A stretch of DNA of 64,000 nucleotides from Candidatus Micrarchaeota archaeon (GTDB taxonomy: Archaea; Micrarchaeota; Micrarchaeia; Anstonellales; Bilamarchaeaceae), in contig CAZBAM010000002.1 of assembly GCA_964490215.1 (NCBI GenBank), positions 12,403-76,402 of the forward strand. Direction: 5' to 3'. A program made the position numbers and the translations under genes. The notes beneath the pieces are model-generated. The model saw only the letters and a program-made list of their open reading frames with translations, was not told where the DNA came from and did not search any database. Below, one piece after another: positions 10,066 to 19,971 of the stretch (position 1 is its first letter; each line of letters opens with the position of its first letter).

Positions 10066-11071
10066 GGATCTCATGCTGCTCGCCGGCGCGCATCCGGTGC
10101 ACCGCAAATTCGGCGAATCATGCGATGCGACCACGAAGCTCAGGGACCTCGCGGCCAAGGGCCAGCCCGCGCCGCTCAAGGCGCTCAACCTGCTGCGCTC
10201 CTCGCTTTCGGTGCCGTCCGGCTACGGCTACGTCGTATGCGAATCGTGCTACTACTACCCGGCGCTGAAACGGCGCATGGGCCTGCTCGGAAAGACGAAG
10301 ATAATCAACATGGGCTGCGGGCCGGTGTTCTACCACCTCCTGAGCAGCCGCATATCCGGCCTTGAGAGGAAAATGCTGCTGGAGCTGCTGAAGGACGTGG
10401 ACGGGCATCTCGTGTATGGCACCTACGGCATGGAGCTTCTCGCGCGCCTCAAGCAGGTCAAGCCCGCAGGCATAATCTACCCGTTCGTGGGCGACGCTTC
10501 CATGGCAGCGCTGTCCAGAGTGAAGCCTGCCCTCAGCTCGCATTCCATCGCAATCATCGCCACCAGCGACCCGTACAACAAGGGCCTGGATGCGCTTTTC
10601 CAGGCCATGGAAACAGTCCATGAGCGTTACAAGGACGCAAAACTTGAAATCGTCACCCGCATGGAGCCGGAAGAGGTTGAGGCAGTGGCCGGCTTCAACC
10701 CGGAATTCATGTCCGTCTCAAGGAACGTGCCGTCCATCGCCGACGTTTTCGCACGCTCAGCGCTTTACGTCCAGCCCACGCGGGGCGACATGTTCCCGGT
10801 GGCGTGCGTGGAAGCAATGGCTGCCGGCGTGCCCTGCATCGTTTCAGAAGAGAACGGCATGAAGGAATTCACTGCCAGGCTGGACGGCGGCATGGTGGTG
10901 CCAGTTGATTCCGGCCGCATCGCCAGCGCGATAACGGGATATTTCAACAAGCCGCAAAAAGAGAAGGAGTCGCTTTCCGCACGCTCGCGCTCGCTCGCCT
11001 CGTTCTTCAACGAAAAGGACATGGTCGCACTGTTCAGGAAAGAACTCGCAGCGCTTGAAAGGCGCATCTGA
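10058..11071 (+). CDS. Glycosyltransferase family 4 (GT-B, group 1)
   Basis: C-terminal EX7E-type region (VACVEAMAAGVPCIVSEENG), typical of retaining GT4 enzymes. Confidence 0.6.
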   Translation: MAKDLMLLAGAHPVHRKFGESCDATTKLRDLAAKGQPAPLKALNLLRSSLSVPSGYGYVVCESCYYYPALKRRMGLLGKTKIINMGCGPVFYHLLSSRISGLERKMLLELLKDVDGHLVYGTYGMELLARLKQVKPAGIIYPFVGDASMAALSRVKPALSSHSIAIIATSDPYNKGLDALFQAMETVHERYKDAKLEIVTRMEPEEVEAVAGFNPEFMSVSRNVPSIADVFARSALYVQPTRGDMFPVACVEAMAAGVPCIVSEENGMKEFTARLDGGMVVPVDSGRIASAITGYFNKPQKEKESLSARSRSLASFFNEKDMVALFRKELAALERRI

Positions 11072-11261
11072 GCGGGCGCTGGAAAAGAGGATATGAGCCG
11101 CCTTCATTACGGTTGAACTGTCCGGTGAACCCACGCGCACGACTGAAAGGAGTGCGCGTGCCAGTCCTGGGAGAAGCCGTCTAAGTGAGGGCGAAGAAAA
11201 TAGAGCGAGCGAGGCACGGCCGACGCGAGCGAACGATGTAATACCTATTGCTGGGATGACA

Positions 11262-12179
11262 TTAGAGCATCTGGCCTACGCTTTCCGCGAAGCTTATCCT
11301 GGGCTTCCACCCGGTGTCCTTCGTTATCTTCGTGGTGCTTCCGTAGGCGTCCGGCACCTCGTTTTTCCTGATGCGCGCCGGGTCGGCCTTTATCTCCGCG
11401 CGGACGCCCGCCTGTTTCATCATCAGTTCGAGCAGCTCGCCCATGCGGTGCGACTTGCCGGTGCAGACGTTGTAGATTTCGCCGGATTTCCCGCGCTCGG
11501 CTATTGCGAGGAACGCGCGCGAAGCGTCCTCCATGTCTATGAAGTCGCGTTTCGCCTCAAGGTTGCCGACGAGTACCGGGCCCTGCCCCTTGCCGTTCGC
11601 TATTTCAGCCACCTGTTTCGCGAAGGAGCCTGGCGCCATGCGTTCAGGCACCCCTCGCCCGAGCGGGTTGAACAGCCGTCCCGCAGTCACCTCGCAGCCC
11701 AGCGCTGTATAGCCTGCTGCAATCGCCGTGCGCGCGGCCATGGACATGCCGTAGCGCGTGATCGGCTTCGGCATCCTCGTTTCCCTGAGCGGCAGGTCCT
11801 TTTTCTCCACCGCGCCGTATTCGGCCGCGGAGCCGATTACGAAGACGCGGGGCCGTTTCCCGCCTTCCTGCAGCTTCACCACGGCCTCAAGCACTGCCAC
11901 GGCGGTCTGCACGTTCGCCCTCAACAGTTCGTTCCAGTCTGACGCGCCCGGGGCGCCTGCGAAATGGAATATGAAATCCGGCCTGGCCTCGGCGACGAGC
12001 GACGCAGCGGCAGCGAAGTCCGCGACATCCGCCTTCCTGTATTCAAAGCCCGGGGCGCTGAGCGTGCACTCGCCCTGCCCTGCCCCCACGATGCGCGAGC
12101 CAGGCCGTTCCTTCACCAGCAGGTCCACGAAATTCCTGCCCACGAACCCGCACGCACCAGTCACCAGATAATCAGCCAT
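11262..12179 (-). CDS. SDR-family NDP-6-deoxyhexose 4-reductase, Rmd-like (GDP-4-keto-6-deoxy-D-mannose reductase-like)
   Basis: MADYLVTGACGFVGRNF...; C-terminal IYNVCTGKSHRMGELLE...DTGWKPRI mirrors Rmd architecture. Confidence 0.45.
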   Translation of the reverse strand: MADYLVTGACGFVGRNFVDLLVKERPGSRIVGAGQGECTLSAPGFEYRKADVADFAAAASLVAEARPDFIFHFAGAPGASDWNELLRANVQTAVAVLEAVVKLQEGGKRPRVFVIGSAAEYGAVEKKDLPLRETRMPKPITRYGMSMAARTAIAAGYTALGCEVTAGRLFNPLGRGVPERMAPGSFAKQVAEIANGKGQGPVLVGNLEAKRDFIDMEDASRAFLAIAERGKSGEIYNVCTGKSHRMGELLELMMKQAGVRAEIKADPARIRKNEVPDAYGSTTKITKDTGWKPRISFAESVGQML

Positions 12180-12207
12180 TCAAACGCCCTTCCTCGTACA
12201 ATTCGTC

Positions 12208-12927
12208 TTACTCCTTGAGATATTTCTCCGGGTGCTCTTCCATCTCCTTCTGCGCCAGCTCGTAGTCGTCCGGCCTGCCTATGTCCAGCCACTCGCATCT
12301 GTCCCTGAAGCAGCAGACTGTCTCGCCCTTTTTCCTGAGCCTGAGCATCAGGTCAGGCATGCCCAGCGCCTCGCCTTTCTTTATGCTGGCCAGCGCCTTC
12401 CTGTTGAGCGCGTTCACGCCCATGCTGACCAGGAACGGCATCGTGGGCTTCTCAACATAATCCTTCAGCTTCATATCCCCGTCCGCGGTTATGACGCCGT
12501 AGTCTATCTTCTGCACGCGCTCAAACACGCCTATGGTGGCCGTCGCTTTCCTGTCCTTGTGGAATTTCATCAGCTTCCCGTAATCAAGCGTGGTGAGGAT
12601 GTCGCCGTTTATAACCAGGAAGTCCTCGTCAAGGCGTATGCCCGCGCCTTCCATGATGCCGAGCGCGCCGGCGGTGTTGAGCGGTGTCTCCTCCCGCACG
12701 TATCTTATCTTCACGCCGAGATTTTCACCGTCGCCGAAATATGCCTCTATCAGCCCTGCGAGGTGGCCGGTGGATATGACGATGTCCACGAACCCGGCCT
12801 TCTTCAGCTGGTGGATGACGATTTCAAGTATGGGCTTATCGCCCAATGGAACGAGCGGCTTCGGGAACGTGGCGGTGTACGGCCTCAGCCTCGTCCCCTT
12901 CCCACCCGCGAGTATTATCGCCTGCAT
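12208..12927 (-). CDS. Sugar-1-phosphate nucleotidyltransferase (mannose-1-P guanylyltransferase / glucose-1-P cytidylyltransferase-like)
   Basis: MQAIILAGGKGTRLRPYT...KPLVPLGDKPIL, the classic NTP-transferase signature. Confidence 0.65.
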   Translation of the reverse strand: MQAIILAGGKGTRLRPYTATFPKPLVPLGDKPILEIVIHQLKKAGFVDIVISTGHLAGLIEAYFGDGENLGVKIRYVREETPLNTAGALGIMEGAGIRLDEDFLVINGDILTTLDYGKLMKFHKDRKATATIGVFERVQKIDYGVITADGDMKLKDYVEKPTMPFLVSMGVNALNRKALASIKKGEALGMPDLMLRLRKKGETVCCFRDRCEWLDIGRPDDYELAQKEMEEHPEKYLKE

Positions 12928-12992
12928 GACAAATCAACTCCATTCGCCCGTTCGCGCTTCCCTGCGCCTTCCACGGGCACTATGCACGGACA

Positions 12993-13985
12993 CTAGATGT
13001 TGTATATGTCCGGCTTGTAGCGCGCCAAATTCGCCTTTATGTGCGCCACGGTTTCAGCGACGCCTTTCTCAAACGTGTATTCCGGCTTCCAGCCTGCGAG
13101 TTCCGCTATCTTTTTGTTGCCGCACACGAGCCGCATGACCTCGCTCCTGTCAGGCCGCACGCGCTGCCCTTCCTTCACGATAGCGGCCGCGCTGCCGGTG
13201 AGCTTCTTCGCCAGCTCCACGACCTCGCCTATGGTCCTGCCCTGGCCTGTTCCGGAATTGACCACGGTTCCGACCGTCTTCTGCGATTCAGCCACCCTGA
13301 TGAACGCCTTCACCGTGTCCTTGACGTAGGTGAAGTCCCTCACCGGCTCCAGCGAGCCGAGCGATATCTCTTTTTTCCCGGCCACCATCTGCGTTATTAT
13401 CGCAGGAATCACCGCACGCGCGGACTGGCGCGGGCCGAAGGTGTTGAACGGCCTGAGCGTGGCGACCGGCAGGTTGAACGAGGTGTAGAAGCTCTCAGCC
13501 ACCATGTCCGCGCCTATCTTGCTCGCGGAATAGGGCGACTGCCCCTGCAGCGGGTGGTTCTCGTCTATGGGGACGTATCTCGCAGTGCCGTAAACCTCGC
13601 TCGTGGAGGTGTGCACGACCTTTGCCACCTTCTCCTCAAGGCATGCCTGCATGACGTTGAGCGTGCCTTTCACGTTCGTGTCAACGAAGTCCCCGGGTGC
13701 GATGTATGAATAGGGTATGGCTATAAGCGCGGCGAGGTGGAACACTGTGTCGCAGCCCTTCACGGCCCTGCGCACGAAGAACGGGTCGCGCACGTCGCCT
13801 GCCACCACGTCCAGCGCGTCCCGCGTTTCCTTCGGCAGCAGTTCCAGGTTGCCCCAGTTGTTGCCTGAGTTGTAGTGCACCATCGCCCTGACGTCGGCCC
13901 CGAGCCTCACGAGTTCCTCTGTGAGATGGGAGCCGATGAAGCCGCCTGAGCCGGTGACAAGGACCTTCCTGGATTTCCAGTTCAT
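12993..13985 (-). CDS. NDP-sugar 4,6-dehydratase/epimerase (extended SDR)
   Basis: KVLVTGSGGFIGSHL, TSTSEVYG, YSASKIGAD (YxxxK). Confidence 0.6.
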   Translation of the reverse strand: MNWKSRKVLVTGSGGFIGSHLTEELVRLGADVRAMVHYNSGNNWGNLELLPKETRDALDVVAGDVRDPFFVRRAVKGCDTVFHLAALIAIPYSYIAPGDFVDTNVKGTLNVMQACLEEKVAKVVHTSTSEVYGTARYVPIDENHPLQGQSPYSASKIGADMVAESFYTSFNLPVATLRPFNTFGPRQSARAVIPAIITQMVAGKKEISLGSLEPVRDFTYVKDTVKAFIRVAESQKTVGTVVNSGTGQGRTIGEVVELAKKLTGSAAAIVKEGQRVRPDRSEVMRLVCGNKKIAELAGWKPEYTFEKGVAETVAHIKANLARYKPDIYNI

Positions 13986-14038
13986 GGTTCTTACTATCCT
14001 CGTTAGTATTTAAAACAGCGAGCGGGCAAGTGTTTTCC

Positions 14039-14626
14039 ATGGAAAAACCCGCCAGGAAAACGCTTCGTATCGAAGGCGGGCGCATCTACCTGCGGCCAAT
14101 CACGGTTTCGGATGTGGACGGCCCCTACTACCGCTGGATGAACGACCCTGAGGTGACGCGCTTCCTTGAGGCCCGCTTCTCAAAGAACACGAAGCCGGCT
14201 ATGAGGGAATTCGTCGCGTCAGCCCTGGAAAACCCGGGCGTGCTTTTCCTCGCCATAGTCCTGAAAGACGGCGACAGGCACATAGGCAACGTGAAGCTCG
14301 GGCCCATAAACAGGACGCACAACTGCGGCGACGTCGGCATAGTCATAGGCGAAAAGGACTGCTGGGGCAAGGGATACGCCACAGAGGCCCTGAAGCTCCT
14401 GTCCGACTACGCGTTCCGGAAGCTCAGGCTCCACAAGCTCAATGCAGGCTGCTACGCGGCCAATCTCGGCTCTACGAAGGCGTTCATCGCAGCAGGGTTC
14501 GAGCAGGAAGGCGTCCGGAAATCGCAATACCTCTCGGATGGAAAATACGTGGACGCGCTTCTTTTCGGGAAGGTCAATCCCGGCCCTTCCCCTTCTGCCG
14601 CACCTTCCCGCGGCCCCGGGCGCTGA
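14039..14626 (+). CDS. GNAT-family N-acetyltransferase (RimL-like)
   Basis: MEKPARKTLRIEGGRIYLRP...; acetyl-CoA binding region GIVIGEKDCWGKGYATEAL. ORF 14030 starts at GTG; ATG at 14039; TATA-like tatttaaaa about 25 nt upstream. Confidence 0.55.
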   Translation: MEKPARKTLRIEGGRIYLRPITVSDVDGPYYRWMNDPEVTRFLEARFSKNTKPAMREFVASALENPGVLFLAIVLKDGDRHIGNVKLGPINRTHNCGDVGIVIGEKDCWGKGYATEALKLLSDYAFRKLRLHKLNAGCYAANLGSTKAFIAAGFEQEGVRKSQYLSDGKYVDALLFGKVNPGPSPSAAPSRGPGR

Positions 14627-15713
14627 CCAGGGCGACCGCCTCGCCGATCGTCTTCGGGCAGAGCACGCCCCATCTCATGAAGACCTTCCTTATGTCCGCC
14701 TTGCCGGCGTATCCAGTTTCCTCCACGATGCTTATGGCAGTGGCGCCTGGGGCTATGAGCTTGCAGGTGCACAGCGCGGTCGTCGTATCTCCTATGGCGA
14801 ACTTTTCCCCGCCCCGCCCTGTCCAGTGCAGGAACAGCATCTCGGAAGTCGCAGACTGGTTCACCGTGGTCATCCCAATCCTCCCCTTCACTCCGAGGAA
14901 ATCCCCTTTCTCCTCGCGGGGATGGTATTTGACCACGGTCTTTATGCGCCTGCGTGCGAGCGCGTCAAGTATCCTCCCGTAGGCGTCCACTGTCCGCGCG
15001 TATCCCATCTGCACTGCCTGTTTGGAATTCGGAGCGAGCACCAGTGCCTCGCATTCCAGGTTCTTCACCCCGTAGCCTGCAAGGATGGAGCCGATGAGCC
15101 CGTCGCGGTCCAGGTGCAGGAAGACGTCGTTCGGTATTTTCACGAGGGATGCCCCTGCAGGCGGCGCGTCTATCAGTTCAGGCCTGAGCACCATTATCCT
15201 GTCAAAGTATGGATATTCTATCTGGGTTTCCACCCGGCGGTACCAGTGGCCGTAGAGCAGCGTTTTCGCCACCCTCGCGGCAAGGTGCTCGCGGAACTTC
15301 CTTTTCATGTATGCGTCTATGCCGTCCTCCACGTAGACGTTCCTCCCGCCGCGCCGGCGGTTGGAATAGGCAAGCAGCTGGCCTTCAGGCTGCTCTATGT
15401 TGAACACGTAGGCGTCCAGGGCGCCCTGGTGCGCGTCAAGGAACTTTCCTATCCTGCCAAGCCCGGTACGGATCGCCCCGATCCTGGCCACCGGCCCCTT
15501 CCCGCCCCACAGCTCGTTCACTATCTCCACGCTGGAGAAGGGGTTCTTCCCCCATCCCTTCAGGACCTTCACAAGCCTCTCAGTGTCACGGAAATGCGAC
15601 GATATGAGCAGGTGCTTCCTGCCGTTCCTGTCAATGTACGCTGCAATGGCTGCCGCAAGCAAAAAATGATACTGCGTGGAAACCAGGTACACGCTTTCCT
15701 TTGCTTCTGCCAT
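14574..15713 (-). CDS. Uncharacterised putative glycosyltransferase (GT52 sialyltransferase-like or capsule KpsS/TagF-like; conserved KYHPRE motif)
   Basis: MAEAKESVYLVSTQYHFLLAAAIAAY...VVKYHPREEKGDF...; the HP motif is characteristic of GT52 and TagF/KpsS families. No close recognisable signature beyond that. Confidence 0.3.
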   Translation of the reverse strand: MAEAKESVYLVSTQYHFLLAAAIAAYIDRNGRKHLLISSHFRDTERLVKVLKGWGKNPFSSVEIVNELWGGKGPVARIGAIRTGLGRIGKFLDAHQGALDAYVFNIEQPEGQLLAYSNRRRGGRNVYVEDGIDAYMKRKFREHLAARVAKTLLYGHWYRRVETQIEYPYFDRIMVLRPELIDAPPAGASLVKIPNDVFLHLDRDGLIGSILAGYGVKNLECEALVLAPNSKQAVQMGYARTVDAYGRILDALARRRIKTVVKYHPREEKGDFLGVKGRIGMTTVNQSATSEMLFLHWTGRGGEKFAIGDTTTALCTCKLIAPGATAISIVEETGYAGKADIRKVFMRWGVLCPKTIGEAVALVSARGRGKVRQKGKGRD

Positions 15714-15766
15714 GGCCTGAAAGCCCCAGCCAATCTTTTAAATCATCCCCCTGCCTTATCCTGTCC

Positions 15767-16723
15767 ATGCTCATAAGCCGCGGCCTGTTCCTGCTCACGG
15801 ACCCCCGCCTTCCCCTGTACTATCCCATCAACCACGGCCGCTGGAATTCGCTCAGCAGGCGCATGGAGGCAGTGGAGCTCGGCAGCAGACCGGAGCTGGA
15901 CGTCCTTTTCACGCTGGACGTGGAATACGACTACGGCTCAGCCGGTTCGGGCGGCGCGAGGCACGTCCTTCCGTTCCTGGAACGGGCAAGGGGCTTTTTC
16001 AGCGGGCAGGGCATATCAGCGACGCTGTTCGTGCAGGGCAACCTTGTTGAAAAGGCAGCGGAAGGGCTGCACGGCCTCGGCCCTAGCCACGAAATCGGTC
16101 TTCACGGATACGCGCACGAGCCCTGGGGCGCATCGTGGTTCGTAGGCGAGAAGCTTCCGCAGGTCCCGGAGCGCAGGGAACTCCTGAAAAAATCCCTGAC
16201 GGCCTTCGGAAGGGCCGGATTCCCACGGCCCCTTTCTTTCCGCGCCCCGAACATGGTGATGGACGCAGCGTCGTTCAGGCTCCTGAAGGATGCCGGGTTC
16301 GCAGCGGATTCGTCGTTCCCGTCCTATGCCGGCGGGCTCCCGCTTCGCTCCTACCCTGAGGGCATCGCCGAGATACCAGTGTCCTTTGACCCGAAGCCGC
16401 TGTTCGGGAGGTTCCTCATGGCCCGCTACCTGGTGTTCAATACGCACAACCTCGCCAACAGGGAGTTCCGGGACGGCATCGCCAGCGCAGCCATGCGCGT
16501 GGCAAAGGCGCAGGCAGCTGCAGGGCAGAAGCCGTTCGTCGTCTTCCTCAGCCACCCCTGGGAATTCTTCCGGCCGGACGCCGCGCACGACAACGAGTTC
16601 TTCGGCTATTCATCAGAAGGCAACTTCGGGGTGCTCGCGGATGCCGTGGCGAAGTTGAAGAAGTCGTTCAGGGTGCGGTTCGCCACGGTTTCCGGGCTCG
16701 CTACGGCTTCCGCGCGTAAATGA
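15767..16723 (+). CDS. Polysaccharide deacetylase (NodB-homology, CE4-like)
   Basis: FTLDVEYDYG...HGYAHEPW...; ATG at 15767 (alternative 15863) within ORF 15701..16723; TATA-like ttttaaat about 25 nt upstream of 15767. Confidence 0.55.
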   Translation: MLISRGLFLLTDPRLPLYYPINHGRWNSLSRRMEAVELGSRPELDVLFTLDVEYDYGSAGSGGARHVLPFLERARGFFSGQGISATLFVQGNLVEKAAEGLHGLGPSHEIGLHGYAHEPWGASWFVGEKLPQVPERRELLKKSLTAFGRAGFPRPLSFRAPNMVMDAASFRLLKDAGFAADSSFPSYAGGLPLRSYPEGIAEIPVSFDPKPLFGRFLMARYLVFNTHNLANREFRDGIASAAMRVAKAQAAAGQKPFVVFLSHPWEFFRPDAAHDNEFFGYSSEGNFGVLADAVAKLKKSFRVRFATVSGLATASARK

Positions 16724-17381
16724 CTATGGGGTCGCCGTGGGTGCCTGCCCTGATGAACACGTTGCGGCCGACAAGCAGTTCTGATTTCGGCAGCCGCAGC
16801 ACAGTGGAGACCCTGGCCCCAATGTTCCTGCCGTCCGACACAGCCAAGCCTGCCTTTTCCAGCAACCCTTTCCACTCGCCCACTGTCCTCGCGTTGTCGT
16901 AGGATGCGGACCGCTTTTTTCCTGAGATGGCGTCCAGCAGGCCGGAGCGCGCAGCGTTCGGGGCCGTGGCAAACAGGAGCCCTCCTGCCTCCAGCGAGTC
17001 CATCGCATTGGCCAGGAAAGCCGCGTGCCTTTCCCTGGCGACGAGCCCGAGGACCCCGAACGACATGACGAGCGAGAACTTTTTTCCGAAAGGGTTCTTG
17101 GTGCAGTCGGCCTGCTCTACGCTTATGCCAGGGAACCTTTCCCTGCACCTGGATACAGACAGCGCGGATACGTCACTGCCGAAGCACAATGCGCCAGCAT
17201 CCTGGAATCTCTTCAACAGGAGCCCCCATCCGCAGCCCAGGTCAAGGACGTTCCTGCCTGCCATCATAATCGGCGTTATGCCATACGAAGCGAGCAGGTC
17301 AAGGTTGTATTTCGCGTTGCGAGGCTCGCCTGCCTCGTACGCGTCAATCCGCTCCTGTGTGTTGAAATAAGCGTCTTCCAT
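16701..17381 (-). CDS. Class I SAM-dependent methyltransferase
   Basis: Motif I VLDLGCGWGLL; acidic motif II. Confidence 0.55.
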   Translation of the reverse strand: MEDAYFNTQERIDAYEAGEPRNAKYNLDLLASYGITPIMMAGRNVLDLGCGWGLLLKRFQDAGALCFGSDVSALSVSRCRERFPGISVEQADCTKNPFGKKFSLVMSFGVLGLVARERHAAFLANAMDSLEAGGLLFATAPNAARSGLLDAISGKKRSASYDNARTVGEWKGLLEKAGLAVSDGRNIGARVSTVLRLPKSELLVGRNVFIRAGTHGDPIVIYARKP

Positions 17382-17390
17382 GCGACCCGC

Positions 17391-18713
17391 TCAGTGCGTC
17401 AGCCGCTTGAAGCCGGTGTGGGCAACCGGCCCCTTCAGTAGCTTTTCAACGTTTCCGGAGTCAGCAGCTTTCTTCATGATGCCGAACACCTCCCCGGCAT
17501 GCTCAAGATAGTCCCGCACGTCATCGTCGTGATGGCTGTAGGAGACGTACACGCCCTTCTTGGCAGCTAGATACCCGCGCTCAAGCATCTCCTGCGTGAA
17601 CAACGTCGCCAGCGCCTGGGAAGCGTCCCCGTATTTCAGGTCAAACGCCACCAGCGGCTCAAAATCAAGCATGACCGTGAGGTCAAGGCCCTTCTCAGCG
17701 GCGAGCTTCTTCCATCCCTCGCCTATCATCCTGCCTATTTTCACCAGGTGCGCAGGCACGTTCTCCCTTTCCAGCTTCGCTATGGTCGCAAGCGCAGCCA
17801 CCGGCCCGACGCGCTCGGTCCAGTAGGTGCTGCTGATGAAGGATTCCTGAGCCACGTCCATGACCTCGCCCCTTCCTATTATCGCAGCCATGGGATACCC
17901 GTTGCTCATGGCCTTGCCATAGACGGCCAGGTCAGGCTTCATGCCCAGCAGCGCGTGCGCGCCACCGACGTTCTTCCTCCACCCGACCGTGACCTCGTCG
18001 GCTATGAGCACGATGCCGTTGTCCTTCGCAATCTTCTGAACCTTAGGCAGGAAACCCGCCTGCGGGAGATGGTGCAGCATGGGCTCCATGACTATGGTGC
18101 CGACCTCGCCCCTGTTCTTCTCTATTATCGCTTCCAGCTGTTCGGCTTTGTTGTACTCAAAAGGTATGGACGTCCCCTTCAGCCCGCGCGGCACGCCCAG
18201 CGGCTTCAGCCCGGGCAGCAGGTGCCCGTCAAGCCCCTTTTCGTCAGCGAGGTTCGCGGAAAGGTACCAATCCGACCAGCCGTGATATCCACAAAAAGCC
18301 ACTTTGTCCTTCCGTGTGAACGCCCTGGCAATCCTCACCGCAATTGCCAGCGCCTCGCCGGCTGTGCGCGCGTACCTCACCCCCCCTGCCCAGCGGTTGA
18401 GCGAAATGAGCTTCTCGGCAAGTTCAACCTCCTCAGGGCAGTTCAGGGTGCATATGCTGCCGTCCCGGACCGCCTTCACGACCGCCTCGTTCACGTCGTC
18501 GTCCGCGTAGCCGAGTATGGCAGCGCCCACGCTCATTATGCTCATGTCCTTGTACCTTTTCCCGTCAAGGTCCCATACGTCTATGCCCTTTGCCCTGGAA
18601 TAATAAGACGGCCACTGGTCAGGGAGGAACATCTCCGAGCGCTTTGAAAGGAGCTGGCTGCCCCCGGGTATGATTTTCTTCGCCTTGTTCCACAATTCGG
18701 TTCCCTTGCCCAT
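17391..18713 (-). CDS. Class III (GSA-aminomutase-like) PLP-dependent aminotransferase
   Basis: MGKGTELWNKAKKIIPGGSQLLSK... matches the N-terminus of the glutamate-1-semialdehyde aminotransferase family; internal ATG at 18713 (ORF extends to 18785). Confidence 0.65.
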   Translation of the reverse strand: MGKGTELWNKAKKIIPGGSQLLSKRSEMFLPDQWPSYYSRAKGIDVWDLDGKRYKDMSIMSVGAAILGYADDDVNEAVVKAVRDGSICTLNCPEEVELAEKLISLNRWAGGVRYARTAGEALAIAVRIARAFTRKDKVAFCGYHGWSDWYLSANLADEKGLDGHLLPGLKPLGVPRGLKGTSIPFEYNKAEQLEAIIEKNRGEVGTIVMEPMLHHLPQAGFLPKVQKIAKDNGIVLIADEVTVGWRKNVGGAHALLGMKPDLAVYGKAMSNGYPMAAIIGRGEVMDVAQESFISSTYWTERVGPVAALATIAKLERENVPAHLVKIGRMIGEGWKKLAAEKGLDLTVMLDFEPLVAFDLKYGDASQALATLFTQEMLERGYLAAKKGVYVSYSHHDDDVRDYLEHAGEVFGIMKKAADSGNVEKLLKGPVAHTGFKRLTH

Positions 18714-18823
18714 CGCTACACCTTTCCCTTCGTGTCTGTCGTTATCTGTCGTTGGGCAGAAGTAATTTAAGCCCTTTCTGGACATTACCCCTATCAGCGA
18801 TTTCTGAATGAGGTCAATGTCTT

Positions 18824-19942
18824 ATGGCAATCGTGAAGGTCGGCAGCAGGAAGATGGGCCCGGGCGAGGACATCTTTTTCATAGCCGAAATCGGCATCAA
18901 CCACAACGGCGACCTCAACCTCGCCAAAAAGATGGTGGCCGCTGCGGCTGACGCGGGTTGCGACGCTGCGAAGTTCCAGACATTCACTGCCAGGGACCTT
19001 TACATAGCGAAGGAGCATTCAGGCACCTACAGGCTGATGGGAAAGGACATCCCCATATACGACCTCCATGTGCAGCTGGAGATGCCCGAGGCCTGGATTG
19101 GCGAGCTGAACGACTACTGCAGGCAGCGCGGGATACTGTTCTTCTCCACGCCGGTTTCCCCACGCGCCGTTGACCTGCTTGACCGCCATGGCGTGCCGCT
19201 GTTCAAGGTCTCGTCCTACGACATGACCAACATCCCGCTCATAAAATACCTGAACACGAAGAAGAAGCCGGTGATTTTCTCCTGCGGCGGGGCGAAGATG
19301 AGCGAGGTTGCCGAGACAGCAGAAACGCTGGCCGCGGCAGGAACGCCATTCGCCATCATGCACTGCATAGCCAAGTATCCGGCACCCTATCATTACGCGA
19401 ACCTGGCAGTGATGGAAACCCTCAGGCGCTCGTTCGGCGTGCCGGTCGGTTTCTCCGACAACGGCTTCGCTGACGAAAAAGGCCGGATAGACTCTGGCCG
19501 CGTGCCAATCGCCGCTGCGAGCATGGGAGCTGACCTTTTTGAGATACACGTTACGCTTGACCGAAAGCTTCCGGGGCCTGACCACGGCTTCGCGACCGAG
19601 CCGGACGAGCTGAAGCGGATGGTCGCAGCCATGAGGAAAATACGCGCCGGTTACAATTCCGGCAAGCGACCCGGAGTGGAGCCGCTCCTGGCCGGAAGCC
19701 CGGTGCGCAGGACGTACGACATAGAGGAATACGTGCGCAATTTCGCGTACAAGAGCATTTTCTCCACCCGCAAAATCGCAAAGGGCGAAAGGCTGACAGC
19801 TGAAAACGCAGCAGTCCTCAGGCCTGGCGCCTCCCTGAAAAAGGGCCTGGAACCGAAATACTACGAGCTTGTGACGTCCAAGGCGTGCGCAAGGAAAGCG
19901 CTGGACGCGTGGGAACCCATAACCTGGGACAGCATACTATGA
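18824..19942 (+). CDS. pseI: Nonulosonic acid synthase (NeuB/PseI/LegI family)
   Basis: FFIAEIGINHNGDLNLAKKMVAAAADAGCDAAKFQTF, the NeuB signature; C-terminal SAF/antifreeze-like domain. Confidence 0.75.
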   Translation: MAIVKVGSRKMGPGEDIFFIAEIGINHNGDLNLAKKMVAAAADAGCDAAKFQTFTARDLYIAKEHSGTYRLMGKDIPIYDLHVQLEMPEAWIGELNDYCRQRGILFFSTPVSPRAVDLLDRHGVPLFKVSSYDMTNIPLIKYLNTKKKPVIFSCGGAKMSEVAETAETLAAAGTPFAIMHCIAKYPAPYHYANLAVMETLRRSFGVPVGFSDNGFADEKGRIDSGRVPIAAASMGADLFEIHVTLDRKLPGPDHGFATEPDELKRMVAAMRKIRAGYNSGKRPGVEPLLAGSPVRRTYDIEEYVRNFAYKSIFSTRKIAKGERLTAENAAVLRPGASLKKGLEPKYYELVTSKACARKALDAWEPITWDSIL

Positions 19943-19971
19943 GGGATGCGCGGCATTGAGGCCTGATTTGC

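Noticed and set aside
12232-13138. ORFs 12232..12996 and 12590..13138 (+) overlapping the nucleotidyltransferase and dehydratase genes
   Set aside because: Antisense artefacts with Arg/His/Pro-rich translations.
14442-15776. 444-aa ORF (+) covering the 14574..15713 region
   Set aside because: Highly Arg/Pro/His-rich with no domain signal. The minus-strand protein is the more plausible gene, although itself unassigned.
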